Positions 17,668 through 26,676 of a stretch of DNA of 57,138 nucleotides are shown piece by piece. The DNA lies in the IMG/VR virus record IMGVR_UViG_3300028384_001023, positions 1 to 57,138 of that record; one strand, written 5' to 3'. The translations under genes and the position numbers were made by a program. Source of the stretch: a virus. Its lineage: Duplodnaviria > Caudoviricetes. Under the pieces are notes generated by a model that saw only the letters and a program-made list of their open reading frames with translations, ran no database searches and was not told the origin of the DNA. Position 1 is the first letter of the stretch. Every line of letters starts with the position of its first letter.

Positions 17668-18308
17668 TAGAAATATTCGATCATCCTTATCCTAATCATT
17701 TTTTGAAGGATTACTATAACTTCTTCAACGATAACGATAATGCTATCACTGATGAAAAAAATCCTGTCAAAAAGCATGTTCATAATTCATACATAAACAA
17801 CGTGGGAATAGCACTTAGTTTTATGGGCAACTATCAACACATATATCGTGATTGGATTCGATTAAACAATTTTAGATTTATGTTTAAATTAGAACCAGAT
17901 AAGCCAACTATGTGGCCACATATAGATTTTGAACCAGAAGACTGTCCCTCGCTGCGCTCGCGAGTAAAGCGTATATTAATATACGCGAACGAGGTCTGGG
18001 ATGATACCTGGGGAGGAGGCACCTACTTCTCACCTTTCGACATGTACGAGTGCACACATAGATATACACCTCGTACGAGTAAGAAGACATTTATCGAAAA
18101 TGCTGAGAGAGTAGTAAATAAACCTGGTAGAGCAGTAGTATTTGATGTTGATGATTATCATTTGCCTCAAGAGTTTAGTGGTAATACTCATCCACGCTTT
18201 ATATACGGAGGTCTATTAGTTAGACCTGATTCAGCAGAATTATTAGATCAGTTAGAAGTACCAAATAAAGAGACTGGTCGACCTGTTATTGGTCTGAAAA
18301 AAAATTAA
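17664..18308 (+). CDS. 2OG-Fe(II) oxygenase
   Basis: PHID, ILIYANEVWDDTWGGGT, PGRAVVFD, distal His and Arg. Confidence 0.8.
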   Translation: MIEIFDHPYPNHFLKDYYNFFNDNDNAITDEKNPVKKHVHNSYINNVGIALSFMGNYQHIYRDWIRLNNFRFMFKLEPDKPTMWPHIDFEPEDCPSLRSRVKRILIYANEVWDDTWGGGTYFSPFDMYECTHRYTPRTSKKTFIENAERVVNKPGRAVVFDVDDYHLPQEFSGNTHPRFIYGGLLVRPDSAELLDQLEVPNKETGRPVIGLKKN

Positions 18309-18316
18309 AAAAAGCA

Positions 18317-18345
18317 TGTACAACGCCGTGAAAGTGTGGTAGAAT
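18317..18345 (+). promoter_or_regulatory. sigma70-type early promoter
   Basis: A-tract, TGTACA-17 bp-TAGAAT, with TGG before the -10. Confidence 0.75.
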
Positions 18346-18373
18346 AGATCTATAATTGGAATGGAGCTATTAT

Positions 18374-18733
18374 ATGACTATGCATTTAGTACGAGGTATG
18401 AGCAGCCTCAATAGTAAAAAGCGAAAGAATAAACGTTCTCCTGGTTGGGAGAAAGCCCAATCTGAACATGATAAATGGTTGATGTCACGTGGTGTGCATC
18501 CTTCTCAACTCAAAAATCAGGAGAAATCAAATGGCGCGAGTATTCCGAATTATGCAAAATCACGTTCGAAGCTCAAAACGTCGGACATCATTACACCCAT
18601 CGCGGGAAAGCGAAAAGCTCAAGAATACACAGGAGACTATGTCACTGGACTTGCAACCATGCACAAGTCAAACACAGTACCGGTCGGTCGAGGAGATAAC
18701 CCAGAAGTATACGCACAAATGAGGAGAAACTAA
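18374..18733 (+). CDS. basic hypothetical protein of a type seen in T4-like phages
   Basis: GGAG RBS; YTG...GLATMHKSNTVPV. Confidence 0.7.
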   Translation: MTMHLVRGMSSLNSKKRKNKRSPGWEKAQSEHDKWLMSRGVHPSQLKNQEKSNGASIPNYAKSRSKLKTSDIITPIAGKRKAQEYTGDYVTGLATMHKSNTVPVGRGDNPEVYAQMRRN

Positions 18734-18734
18734 T

Positions 18735-19868
18735 ATGGCTATTCGTAAGAAAAAGAAAGCACCGATTAGACGTCGTACTGGTATCGTAGGTGCACCTCTT
18801 GAAAAAGGTTTTGAAGCTGTACAGTCATACTTTCAAACTGAAGTATCAAATGCTGATATATCAAAGGTGTTGAAGTCTTATGTGCGTGAACATCATAAGA
18901 AGTCTATTAACAAGGAATATATCCTTGCATGCCCTGAATATAAGTTCTACGTATCACCTTCTCATGCAGCAACTGCGTTTTGGATTACACATGCACCAAA
19001 GTCTAAAGATACTGATCGTTCACGCTCATATTCAGATTACTTGCATAAGTATCTGTCTACGCTCATTGCAATGGGTAAAGAACTATATCTCGAAAAGCAG
19101 ATGAAGCAACGAGACTCTGACACGAAGCCATCTATATCACCGATGGAAAGATTACAACGTAAGATCTCAAGTACTGTTATGCAAGATATCTTAGAATTAG
19201 AAGATAAATGGATCGATGGAGAGCATGATGCTACTCTCGATCTATATCAAGAGTTTAAGCGGCATGGACTACCAGCGTCAGCGACGAAGGTAGTACGTGA
19301 ATACATTGAGGGTCTATATGATGACTACAATGCCGCTTATACGAAGAGCGATCCAGATGCAGTTGAAGGATACTCACATTTAACACGCCCTCAGCTCAAG
19401 AAAAGAGTAAGTGTTTGTGAGTCTATGTTATCTGATCTCGATCGTCTTCAGTCTGCTGCTAAAGCTACTCGTAAAGTACGTAGTAAGCAACCAAAGGCAG
19501 CAGACAAACAAGTCGCTAAGGTCAATTACAAAGTAGAGGACACAGAGTTCAAGATCGTTTCTATAGCTCCTCTTCAGATCGTTGGCTCTCGCCGCCTCTA
19601 TACCTTCAATACGAAGACAAGAGTGATGACCGAATATGTGACTAATGCTGCATCAGGCTTCGAAGTATCTGGTTCGACGCTAAAAAATATTGATACAACT
19701 GTGAGTCGTTGTACCAGACTTCGAAAGCCTGATGCTTTTATTCCTATCGTACAGAAGAAAACGCATCTTCAAATCGATAAAGAGTGGAAGCAATTAACCA
19801 CTAAGACAACAGTGCCTAACGGTAGAATCAACAAAGATACAATCTTATTGAGAGTGATGGATAAATGA
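18735..19868 (+). CDS. hypothetical protein of a type seen in T4-like phages
   Basis: 377-aa ORF, GAGGAG RBS; C-terminal LRKPD...PNGRINKDTILLR. Confidence 0.75.
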   Translation: MAIRKKKKAPIRRRTGIVGAPLEKGFEAVQSYFQTEVSNADISKVLKSYVREHHKKSINKEYILACPEYKFYVSPSHAATAFWITHAPKSKDTDRSRSYSDYLHKYLSTLIAMGKELYLEKQMKQRDSDTKPSISPMERLQRKISSTVMQDILELEDKWIDGEHDATLDLYQEFKRHGLPASATKVVREYIEGLYDDYNAAYTKSDPDAVEGYSHLTRPQLKKRVSVCESMLSDLDRLQSAAKATRKVRSKQPKAADKQVAKVNYKVEDTEFKIVSIAPLQIVGSRRLYTFNTKTRVMTEYVTNAASGFEVSGSTLKNIDTTVSRCTRLRKPDAFIPIVQKKTHLQIDKEWKQLTTKTTVPNGRINKDTILLRVMDK

Positions 19869-20110
19869 GTGAAGTAACAGAACAGTTCTTGAGTAAGAGT
19901 AAATTCTCTAAACTCGTAGAAACAACAGTAGCAGATAAAGCAATCAGTTATATGGAAGCTATCTTGCATCTTTGTGAAAAGAATGATATCGAACCAGAAG
20001 ACGTGAAGAAGTTCGTTAATCCTATTATCAAAGACAAACTTGAAGCTGAGGCCATGGCTCTCAACTTCTTACCTAAAACATCTTCTATTGACTCATCACT
20101 TTTCGATTAA
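19865..20110 (+). CDS. gp33: late-transcription coactivator gp33
   Basis: FSKLVE...SYMEAILHLCEKNDIEPE...IKDKLEAEAMALNFL; directly upstream of gp32. Confidence 0.88.
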   Translation: MSEVTEQFLSKSKFSKLVETTVADKAISYMEAILHLCEKNDIEPEDVKKFVNPIIKDKLEAEAMALNFLPKTSSIDSSLFD

Positions 20111-20126
20111 GACGAGTATATATAGA

Positions 20127-20155
20127 TGTACATACAACGCAATACAGTGTATAAT
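20127..20155 (+). promoter_or_regulatory. sigma70-type promoter for gp32
   Basis: TGTACA-17 bp-TATAAT. Confidence 0.7.
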
Positions 20156-20190
20156 ACAAAACATATTTCAGTAAATACGGAGAATAATAT

Positions 20191-21114
20191 ATGTCATTCC
20201 AAAATCTAAAACGCAATCGCGATCAAATTTCCAAACTCGTTCAAGCAGCAGAAGCAGCTGGTGGTGGTGCATCAGGTGAAAAGAAAAACTATGATGACGA
20301 ACGTATTTGGAAGCCAACCGTAGATAAGGCAGGTAATGGTTATGCAGTACTACGATTCTTGCCGGCCGCCGAAGGTTCTGAACTACCATGGGTCAGATAC
20401 TGGGATCACGGCTTCAAAGGCCCAACCGGTCTATGGTATATCGAAAACAGCCTTACATCTATTGGTCAGCCTGATCCAGTTGGAGAACTCAACTCCCGGT
20501 TGTGGAATTCTGGCCACGAAGAAGACAAAGAAAAAGCCAGAAGTCAAAAGCGCAGACTCCATTATGTAGTCAACGCATTGGTCGTATCAGACCCTTCTGC
20601 TCCACAAAACGAAGGTCGTGTTGTACTCTATAAGTTCGGCAAGAAGATCTTTGACAAGATCACCGATAAGATGCAGCCTGAATTTGCGGATGAGACACCT
20701 GTAAATCCATTTGATATGTGGGAAGGTGCTGACTTTAAATTGAAGATTCGTCAAGTCGAAGGCTATCGTAACTACGATAAGTCAGAGTTTGCATCACAAT
20801 CTGCTCTCTTTGATGGAGACGAAACAAGGCTTGAAGAGACTTACAATAAGCTGCATAACTTGTCAGAATTTGCAGATCCAAAGAACTATAAGACTTATGA
20901 TGAGTTAAAAGCAAAACTTGCACGAGTTCTTGGTGAAGAAGCTGTAAATGGAGGTGCACCTCAAATGTCTCAGATGGCTCAGATGAATGAGCCAATGGCA
21001 GCTCCAGCTATGCCCGTAACAGAAGCTACACAGCCTGTTACAGCTGCTGAGATGAGCAGTCAAGACGACGATGATACGATGTCATACTTTGCTAAACTGG
21101 CAAACGACGACTAA
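20191..21114 (+). CDS. gp32: single-stranded DNA-binding protein gp32
   Basis: DKAGNGYAVLRFLP, WYIENSLTSIG, KFGKKIFDK, GADFKLKI; acidic tail. Confidence 0.97.
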   Translation: MSFQNLKRNRDQISKLVQAAEAAGGGASGEKKNYDDERIWKPTVDKAGNGYAVLRFLPAAEGSELPWVRYWDHGFKGPTGLWYIENSLTSIGQPDPVGELNSRLWNSGHEEDKEKARSQKRRLHYVVNALVVSDPSAPQNEGRVVLYKFGKKIFDKITDKMQPEFADETPVNPFDMWEGADFKLKIRQVEGYRNYDKSEFASQSALFDGDETRLEETYNKLHNLSEFADPKNYKTYDELKAKLARVLGEEAVNGGAPQMSQMAQMNEPMAAPAMPVTEATQPVTAAEMSSQDDDDTMSYFAKLANDD

Positions 21115-22823
21115 TCTCTTGCAAACACTGGTGGTTCGGTGACGCCAATCAGGCCGCCACCGACCACTGTTGTTTCATTTCCACCCATAATATTATAACT
21201 ATCACCACCGATAGCTACACCTCCAGCACCCATCATATTATCATAACCAGAAGTCGTAGTTGATTGTAGGTTATTTGCTGTTTGAGGTTGAAGCTTCGAA
21301 GCACTCATGATTGGATCTTGATATCCAGTCGATGCATTATCTAAGTTCATGCCGACACTAGTATCAGTTGGTGTTGGAGCTCCGATACCATTAAGCATAT
21401 CATTTACCCAACCAAATCCATAGCCAAATGAATCGACCTTTTGACCTAGCATAAACTGTGCTAAGCCTTTACCTACAGCGCCAGCGCCTAAATAACCAGC
21501 TATACCACCAAGAGCACCGCCTATCAGTGTACCTGGACCTGGGAATACACTACCTAATGCAGCACCCAACATCGCTCCACCACCAGAACCAAGGACTGCA
21601 GATATTACTCCAGCTAAAGGAGCTATTTTACTTTCCATTGAACCAGGGGCGTTAAGGATACTATAGATGTCATAAGCACCAAATAAGTAACCTATACCAG
21701 GTGCACGTAAGAACTTAGCAATGCGAGGAAATTTATTTGATGTAGCGGCATTTGTAACGGCCGTATTAAGTCTTTCATTTTTTACTATTTGATTTGTCTT
21801 TTTATCTAGGATAGCACCATCTTTGGCCTTATATAAACCTTCTGCAGCAAGTTGTTTAGATGATAGTTTGCCTGCTTGTTTAGTTAATTGTCCTCGATCA
21901 AGCGTGGTCTTCGTTGCTGCTGTTACTCCTGCAGCTCCTACACCAGGAGGAGCTAATGATTCTGCAGCCTTACTTAATCCTGATAATGCGAGGGCACCAG
22001 CACCAAGTTTGGCTATCGTCTTTGTTAGTATTCTGAGTGTTCCACCTGGTTTGATCATTAGCGCTAATGCACCAAACGTGATGGCCATGTCATCTAAGTT
22101 TTTATAGAAATCTTCACTTGTGACTTCGCCTCGTAATAGAGCATTTAATCCTGTAAATGAATCACCGACAATGTTATTGATCTTTGCAACTATCTCATCA
22201 GTAGTAGGGATTAAACCTTCTACACCAAATACACCGTCAAACCATGTTGAAAACTTTCCCCATCCAATTTCGAATGACTCAACCAGTTTTGTTAACTGTT
22301 CTTCTGTAGCTTTTATGTTTTCAGGTGTAGCTAATGCACCACCAATCAAACCGATAGCACCGAGGCGTTTGCCAAATATGCGTAAGATACCATAACCAGT
22401 CAGTCCACGTCCAACAGCATTTGTTACTTCTTCACTAAATCCCTGTGATTGAAGATAGTCTGCTACTGCTTCTGCCATGATGAAGGCTAATCCACCACGT
22501 AAGAGTCCACCAACTAAGCCTTTACCAAGCAATGCACCCATACCAGGAATACCGAGACCCATGAGTGTATTTTCCATGCTACCGAATAGGTTACCACCTG
22601 TCTTCGGTCTGGCTGCAGCTTGCCGTTCACGAGACTTTTCGAGTCTTTCTTCGGCCTGTGTTTCTAACTCATCGGTCTCATTACTCTCGAGCTTAATCAA
22701 GAAGTTTGAAAAGTTATTATTCAAGGCTTGTAGCTGAGAGTTATTCTCACGCATCACTTGACCCTGATCTTTGAGCTCTTCATTCTGATCGTTGAGTTGG
22801 GCTGCTACTTCTTTAAGACTCAT
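21111..22823 (-). CDS. putative tape-measure/baseplate hub protein (gp29-like)
   Basis: N-terminal coiled coil, Gly/Ala-rich hydrophobic segments; downstream of gp26/gp51. Confidence 0.55.
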   Translation of the reverse strand: MSLKEVAAQLNDQNEELKDQGQVMRENNSQLQALNNNFSNFLIKLESNETDELETQAEERLEKSRERQAAARPKTGGNLFGSMENTLMGLGIPGMGALLGKGLVGGLLRGGLAFIMAEAVADYLQSQGFSEEVTNAVGRGLTGYGILRIFGKRLGAIGLIGGALATPENIKATEEQLTKLVESFEIGWGKFSTWFDGVFGVEGLIPTTDEIVAKINNIVGDSFTGLNALLRGEVTSEDFYKNLDDMAITFGALALMIKPGGTLRILTKTIAKLGAGALALSGLSKAAESLAPPGVGAAGVTAATKTTLDRGQLTKQAGKLSSKQLAAEGLYKAKDGAILDKKTNQIVKNERLNTAVTNAATSNKFPRIAKFLRAPGIGYLFGAYDIYSILNAPGSMESKIAPLAGVISAVLGSGGGAMLGAALGSVFPGPGTLIGGALGGIAGYLGAGAVGKGLAQFMLGQKVDSFGYGFGWVNDMLNGIGAPTPTDTSVGMNLDNASTGYQDPIMSASKLQPQTANNLQSTTTSGYDNMMGAGGVAIGGDSYNIMGGNETTVVGGGLIGVTEPPVFARD

Positions 22824-22824
22824 G

Positions 22825-23010
22825 TTATCCTCGTGCTTGTTGCGCCTGGATTTCTTTCTCTTTCAAATAATCTAGTAACATGTTCACGTATATCTCCCTC
22901 TCCCAGGGAATCATTGTATCGAGTTCTGTCAAAGAGTAACTAAAATGTTGAATCAATTGAAAGTTCGTACGATAATAGTTCTCTAGTGTCTCATGAGAGA
23001 GGTTGATTAG
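22825..23010 (-). CDS. gp51: gp51-like baseplate hub assembly chaperone (no canonical start; probably reached by -1 frameshift from gp26)
   Basis: LSHETLENYYRTNFQLIQHFSYSLTELDTMIPWEREIYVNMLLDYLKE; not in ORF track. Confidence 0.75.
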   Translation of the reverse strand, partial: LINLSHETLENYYRTNFQLIQHFSYSLTELDTMIPWEREIYVNMLLDYLKEKEIQAQQARG

Positions 23011-23711
23011 AAAAAATCCTCCAGTCCTTTCAGCTGTCTTTCGTTATGGTGATTACATTCAGTACAATAAAAATCAACGTCTTGTTTGATCGAAGGCATG
23101 TTCTCTAAGTAACCTGTCAACTTCTCAAACTGTGTAGTCGTAAGTGAATCGATAAAGGCTTTTACCTCATCACGTGGTTCATCACGAATTGCAATCACTT
23201 CATCTTCTGTTGCGACTGTATCAATACAATTAATCAATAACTCCATCATCACTTCGGTTTGTGGTGTATCATCGGTAATGACATTTTGTAAAAAGTAATC
23301 ATAACTTGGATGCTTCATCTTTACAGTAATGTCATCAGTCAACTTAATCTCATTCTCTTGTATAGTACCTTCGACCTTAATATCATCAAGACGAATGTGT
23401 ACCTCGTTATCTACAGAGCAATTAGAGCACTGCATCATCAACTGTGAAGATTCTCCTACAGACTTTGTACGAATCATAGTAAACATATAGTCTACGTCAT
23501 ATGTGGTTAACTCGTTGATGTTTACATTTTCAACACATGAGTTAATAGTATCCATGATCGCCCGTAACACGGACTTTTTATCTTGTGACTCTCCAGCTAA
23601 AAGTAGTACCTTCTGTTCTTTAACCAGAAACGGACGATACCTGACTTCTTTCTGTGTTGAAGGTATGACTAAATCATATTGTGGAGAATCATTCAATTTT
23701 GGTAATGCCAT
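23007..23711 (-). CDS. gp26: baseplate hub subunit gp26
   Basis: MALPKL, YRPFLVKEQKVLL, IRTKSVGE, two CxxC, ends GLEDFF. Confidence 0.9.
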   Translation of the reverse strand: MALPKLNDSPQYDLVIPSTQKEVRYRPFLVKEQKVLLLAGESQDKKSVLRAIMDTINSCVENVNINELTTYDVDYMFTMIRTKSVGESSQLMMQCSNCSVDNEVHIRLDDIKVEGTIQENEIKLTDDITVKMKHPSYDYFLQNVITDDTPQTEVMMELLINCIDTVATEDEVIAIRDEPRDEVKAFIDSLTTTQFEKLTGYLENMPSIKQDVDFYCTECNHHNERQLKGLEDFF

Positions 23712-23720
23712 TTATCACTC

Positions 23721-24350
23721 CTAGAATATATTACCTAGTCCTGTACTCGCAGATATCCAACCTTGGCTACTAACATTTGGCTGCCATTCGGTATACGATA
23801 ATTGAACAGTAACTTGTACAAGACCATCAAGCTCATTGTTTAATTCAATAGAATTTACTGATGTCGGGAATGCTTCAAGCAATTTGACACCATAGACTGT
23901 GTTTCCTCCAAGCCCAATATTTACATTTAGTGGACCAAGACTTACGTTTTTATTAATGATTGGTTTTCTTAGTTGGTGTATTTCAACAGTTGCAGCATAT
24001 TCACTCTTATACTTCGCTTCGTAAGTATTATTATTGTAAACGTAATTTCTCCAACTATCGAAGTATTCAACAACTCCATAATCGTTCATGACATAAAATG
24101 TCATGCTTACATCTGGATTGGCATAACCATAGGCTATCTTCTCATTGACCATACCAATCTGTCTATCAGATGTTAATATTTGTTTTCCAGGCAATTCAGC
24201 ACTAGCACATAATAGGTTTAACGAATTACCTCCGAGTAATCCACCTAAAAATCCTGATATTTGACCTGGTAACACGACTAAAAATTGGTTACTTCGAGCG
24301 AAACCAAGTTTGATCGATGCTAATGATTTGAGTTGATCGATTGTTGCCAT
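23721..24350 (-). CDS. tail-tube-fold protein (gp54/gp19-like)
   Basis: ARSNQF, CASAELPG, SMTFY, LLEAFPTSV. Confidence 0.75.
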   Translation of the reverse strand: MATIDQLKSLASIKLGFARSNQFLVVLPGQISGFLGGLLGGNSLNLLCASAELPGKQILTSDRQIGMVNEKIAYGYANPDVSMTFYVMNDYGVVEYFDSWRNYVYNNNTYEAKYKSEYAATVEIHQLRKPIINKNVSLGPLNVNIGLGGNTVYGVKLLEAFPTSVNSIELNNELDGLVQVTVQLSYTEWQPNVSSQGWISASTGLGNIF

Positions 24351-24940
24351 TAAACCATCCGCCTTGAATCTCTATAAACTTGTGCTTTCGTTCCCTTTTC
24401 AAAGTCAGCTGTAGGCAAGAAAGTTGCAATCTCCCATTCAGGAGCATTTACCCTTGCCATCCTACTCTTAACGTGCTGTGTCAAATAGTGCTTGTAACAA
24501 GGCTTGAAGTACCTTAAGTTAGATACACGCTTTAACAAACTATAGTTAACATTAAACCTTGTTGATTCATCATATGCTTTATTATTCAAATTATTTAAAA
24601 GTTCATCAAGTAATTTAGCTCGTAGTATAGGAGGTAGATAATGTAAGTTGAGACCATAAAACCCTTTTGGTGCTGGTCCAACAATGATCACGAGTGGAAA
24701 CCTATCATAGTAAGGAAGTTTATCTTTATGCTTTGGATCATAGAAGAACATGTTCATTGAACCGATGAGAGGGTTCTGTCTGTTCACTAATCGAACATCT
24801 TCATCTTGTAATAGCTCTCTACGATTAACACGTCTTAGCTCTTGAGATTTGCGTCTGAACCAATCGCGTGACTGTTTTGTGCGTGGATTAATTCCAGCTC
24901 TAAATGCATCAATAGTTAGCTTTTGAAATAAACTTGCCAT
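24350..24940 (-). CDS. gp2: DNA end protector gp2
   Basis: FFYDPKHKDKLPYYDRFPL, GLNLHYLPP, CYKHYL. Confidence 0.92.
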   Translation of the reverse strand: MASLFQKLTIDAFRAGINPRTKQSRDWFRRKSQELRRVNRRELLQDEDVRLVNRQNPLIGSMNMFFYDPKHKDKLPYYDRFPLVIIVGPAPKGFYGLNLHYLPPILRAKLLDELLNNLNNKAYDESTRFNVNYSLLKRVSNLRYFKPCYKHYLTQHVKSRMARVNAPEWEIATFLPTADFEKGTKAQVYRDSRRMV

Positions 24941-24945
24941 ACGTC

Positions 24946-24953
24946 TATTTATA
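24946..24953 (-). promoter_or_regulatory. T4-type late promoter (gp2)
   Basis: TATAAATA 5 nt before ATG. Confidence 0.75.
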
Positions 24954-24954
24954 A

Positions 24955-25437
24955 CTATTTTTTACGTTTTCTGTATGGCTTCAGCGGCTTAAGAGGCTTA
25001 ATAGCTTTCAATATCTTCATTTCTCGTAGAGTCTTCTCAGTCCAGATTTGGAATTCCCATCCTCGATCCTTAGCATAACTATTCGCCGCTTCCCACTTAT
25101 TCATGTTCTTAACATATGTCATCGCTTCGCCGATATATCTTTTTGATTTATCGGGTCGTTTAGGTGGTTCAGTCTCTTTGTCTGGCTTGATTTCAATTAA
25201 AACAGTCCTACCATCATTATAGTGTATTAGTAAATCTACATAGTACCGATGATATTTCTTATCGATATCCCATTTATAAGGCACGACTATTTCTTCTGAT
25301 GACCAATACTTGATATCAGGGTTTCTATCACACCATGCAAAACAAGCTCTTTCCCATGAAGATCGATACGTGACCTTATCTGGGTCTCCCTTGTATTTGC
25401 TTATCTTCTTTACTTTGTATTTTCCAGAATATGCCAT
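24955..25437 (-). CDS. gp4: head completion nuclease gp4
   Basis: KYKGDP, YRSSWE, WSSEEIVVPY, RYYVD, IEIKP, KWEAA. Confidence 0.93.
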   Translation of the reverse strand: MAYSGKYKVKKISKYKGDPDKVTYRSSWERACFAWCDRNPDIKYWSSEEIVVPYKWDIDKKYHRYYVDLLIHYNDGRTVLIEIKPDKETEPPKRPDKSKRYIGEAMTYVKNMNKWEAANSYAKDRGWEFQIWTEKTLREMKILKAIKPLKPLKPYRKRKK

Positions 25438-25444
25438 TTTTAGA

Positions 25445-25452
25445 TATAAATA
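25445..25452 (+). promoter_or_regulatory. T4-type late promoter (gp48 operon)
   Basis: TATAAATA in intergenic gap. Confidence 0.8.
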
Positions 25453-25466
25453 GGTTTACAGATTTT

Positions 25467-25474
25467 TATTTATA
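25467..25474 (-). promoter_or_regulatory. T4-type late promoter (gp4 operon)
   Basis: TATAAATA on minus strand in the same gap. Confidence 0.8.
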
Positions 25475-25485
25475 AGGAAAATGGT

Positions 25486-26676
25486 ATGCCACCTTACGCT
25501 GGAAGAAACTTAAATCCTCGACAGACACCACAGCATGGCTATGATGAAGTTCCAGGTACTTCAACAGGAGCAAGTGATAATAATACTGTAACCACCGTTT
25601 ATAATAAAAAGACTAGCTCAGAAGCAAAGCCATCTGTTAGTAAACCAGTAAGTCTTCGATATCCACTTGAAAATCAAGATAGATACGCTGCATCAATAAA
25701 ATTTGAAGTGCATACAGTAAACCCATATATGATTAATCAATCAGGTGCTGAAAGCCTACTCAATCAGAGATTTTTGGCCCAAATGACTGGCGCTGCTACT
25801 AGCGGTGTTTCTGAATCTCAAGCGCAAGTAGATCAAAAAGATAAAGATCAAGCTGCACATGATGCTGCGATAGCAAAAGCTAAAAAAGACAATCTCGAGG
25901 CTCAAAGATCTGGAAGTATAACAAACAGAGATTTAGGCATGACTACCAAGCCTCTCAATCGTGTGGCTAAACTGTATTTTCCTTTGGCTGTACAATCACA
26001 AGATAACGCACAATACACAGAAGCAAATCTAGGACCAGGAGGTGCAACTGCATTAGGTGCTATGAGAGATGGTAGCGGTATAATGAGCTCTTTATATCGT
26101 GGTTCTACAGAAGGCTTGGTTGATGTTTTTAATCTTGTAAAAGGACAAGCTAGTCAAGAAGCTGCTCAACTAGCAGCAGCTCGAATTGTGCAAAAGTTTC
26201 AAGGTACTGGTTTAGGTCAAGCAGCACAGATTGGCTTGCAGGTCAGGATTAATCCAAATAGTCGTACTATGTTTCAAGGTGTAACTATCCGTCAGTTTTC
26301 TTTCTTATTTAAATTTATAGCGAAGTCGGCTAATGAAGCAGAAGAAATCAGGCAGCTGATTAAATTATTTAGAAGTGAATTATATCCAGAATCATTGGGT
26401 AGTAGATTAGGCTTACCACTTGGCTATAAGTTCCCTAATCTATTTAAGATTACATATCAATATAATGATAGAGCAAATCCATATATGCCTCAACCTTTAC
26501 TGTGTTATCTAAGAGATGTAAATACAACTTATAATCCACAGTCTATGAGTTGGCATGAAGATGGTGCACCAACAGAAATTGATATGACTCTCTCGTTCCA
26601 AGAGTTCAGAGGTCTTACGAAGCAAGATATTGAAAGTGGTTCTGATGGAACAATCACATACGGAGGAGCACATTAA
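25486..26676 (+). CDS. gp48: baseplate tail-tube cap gp48
   Basis: LRYP, INPNSRTMFQGVTIRQFSFLFKF, DGAPTEIDMTLSFQE. Confidence 0.85.
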   Translation: MPPYAGRNLNPRQTPQHGYDEVPGTSTGASDNNTVTTVYNKKTSSEAKPSVSKPVSLRYPLENQDRYAASIKFEVHTVNPYMINQSGAESLLNQRFLAQMTGAATSGVSESQAQVDQKDKDQAAHDAAIAKAKKDNLEAQRSGSITNRDLGMTTKPLNRVAKLYFPLAVQSQDNAQYTEANLGPGGATALGAMRDGSGIMSSLYRGSTEGLVDVFNLVKGQASQEAAQLAAARIVQKFQGTGLGQAAQIGLQVRINPNSRTMFQGVTIRQFSFLFKFIAKSANEAEEIRQLIKLFRSELYPESLGSRLGLPLGYKFPNLFKITYQYNDRANPYMPQPLLCYLRDVNTTYNPQSMSWHEDGAPTEIDMTLSFQEFRGLTKQDIESGSDGTITYGGAH

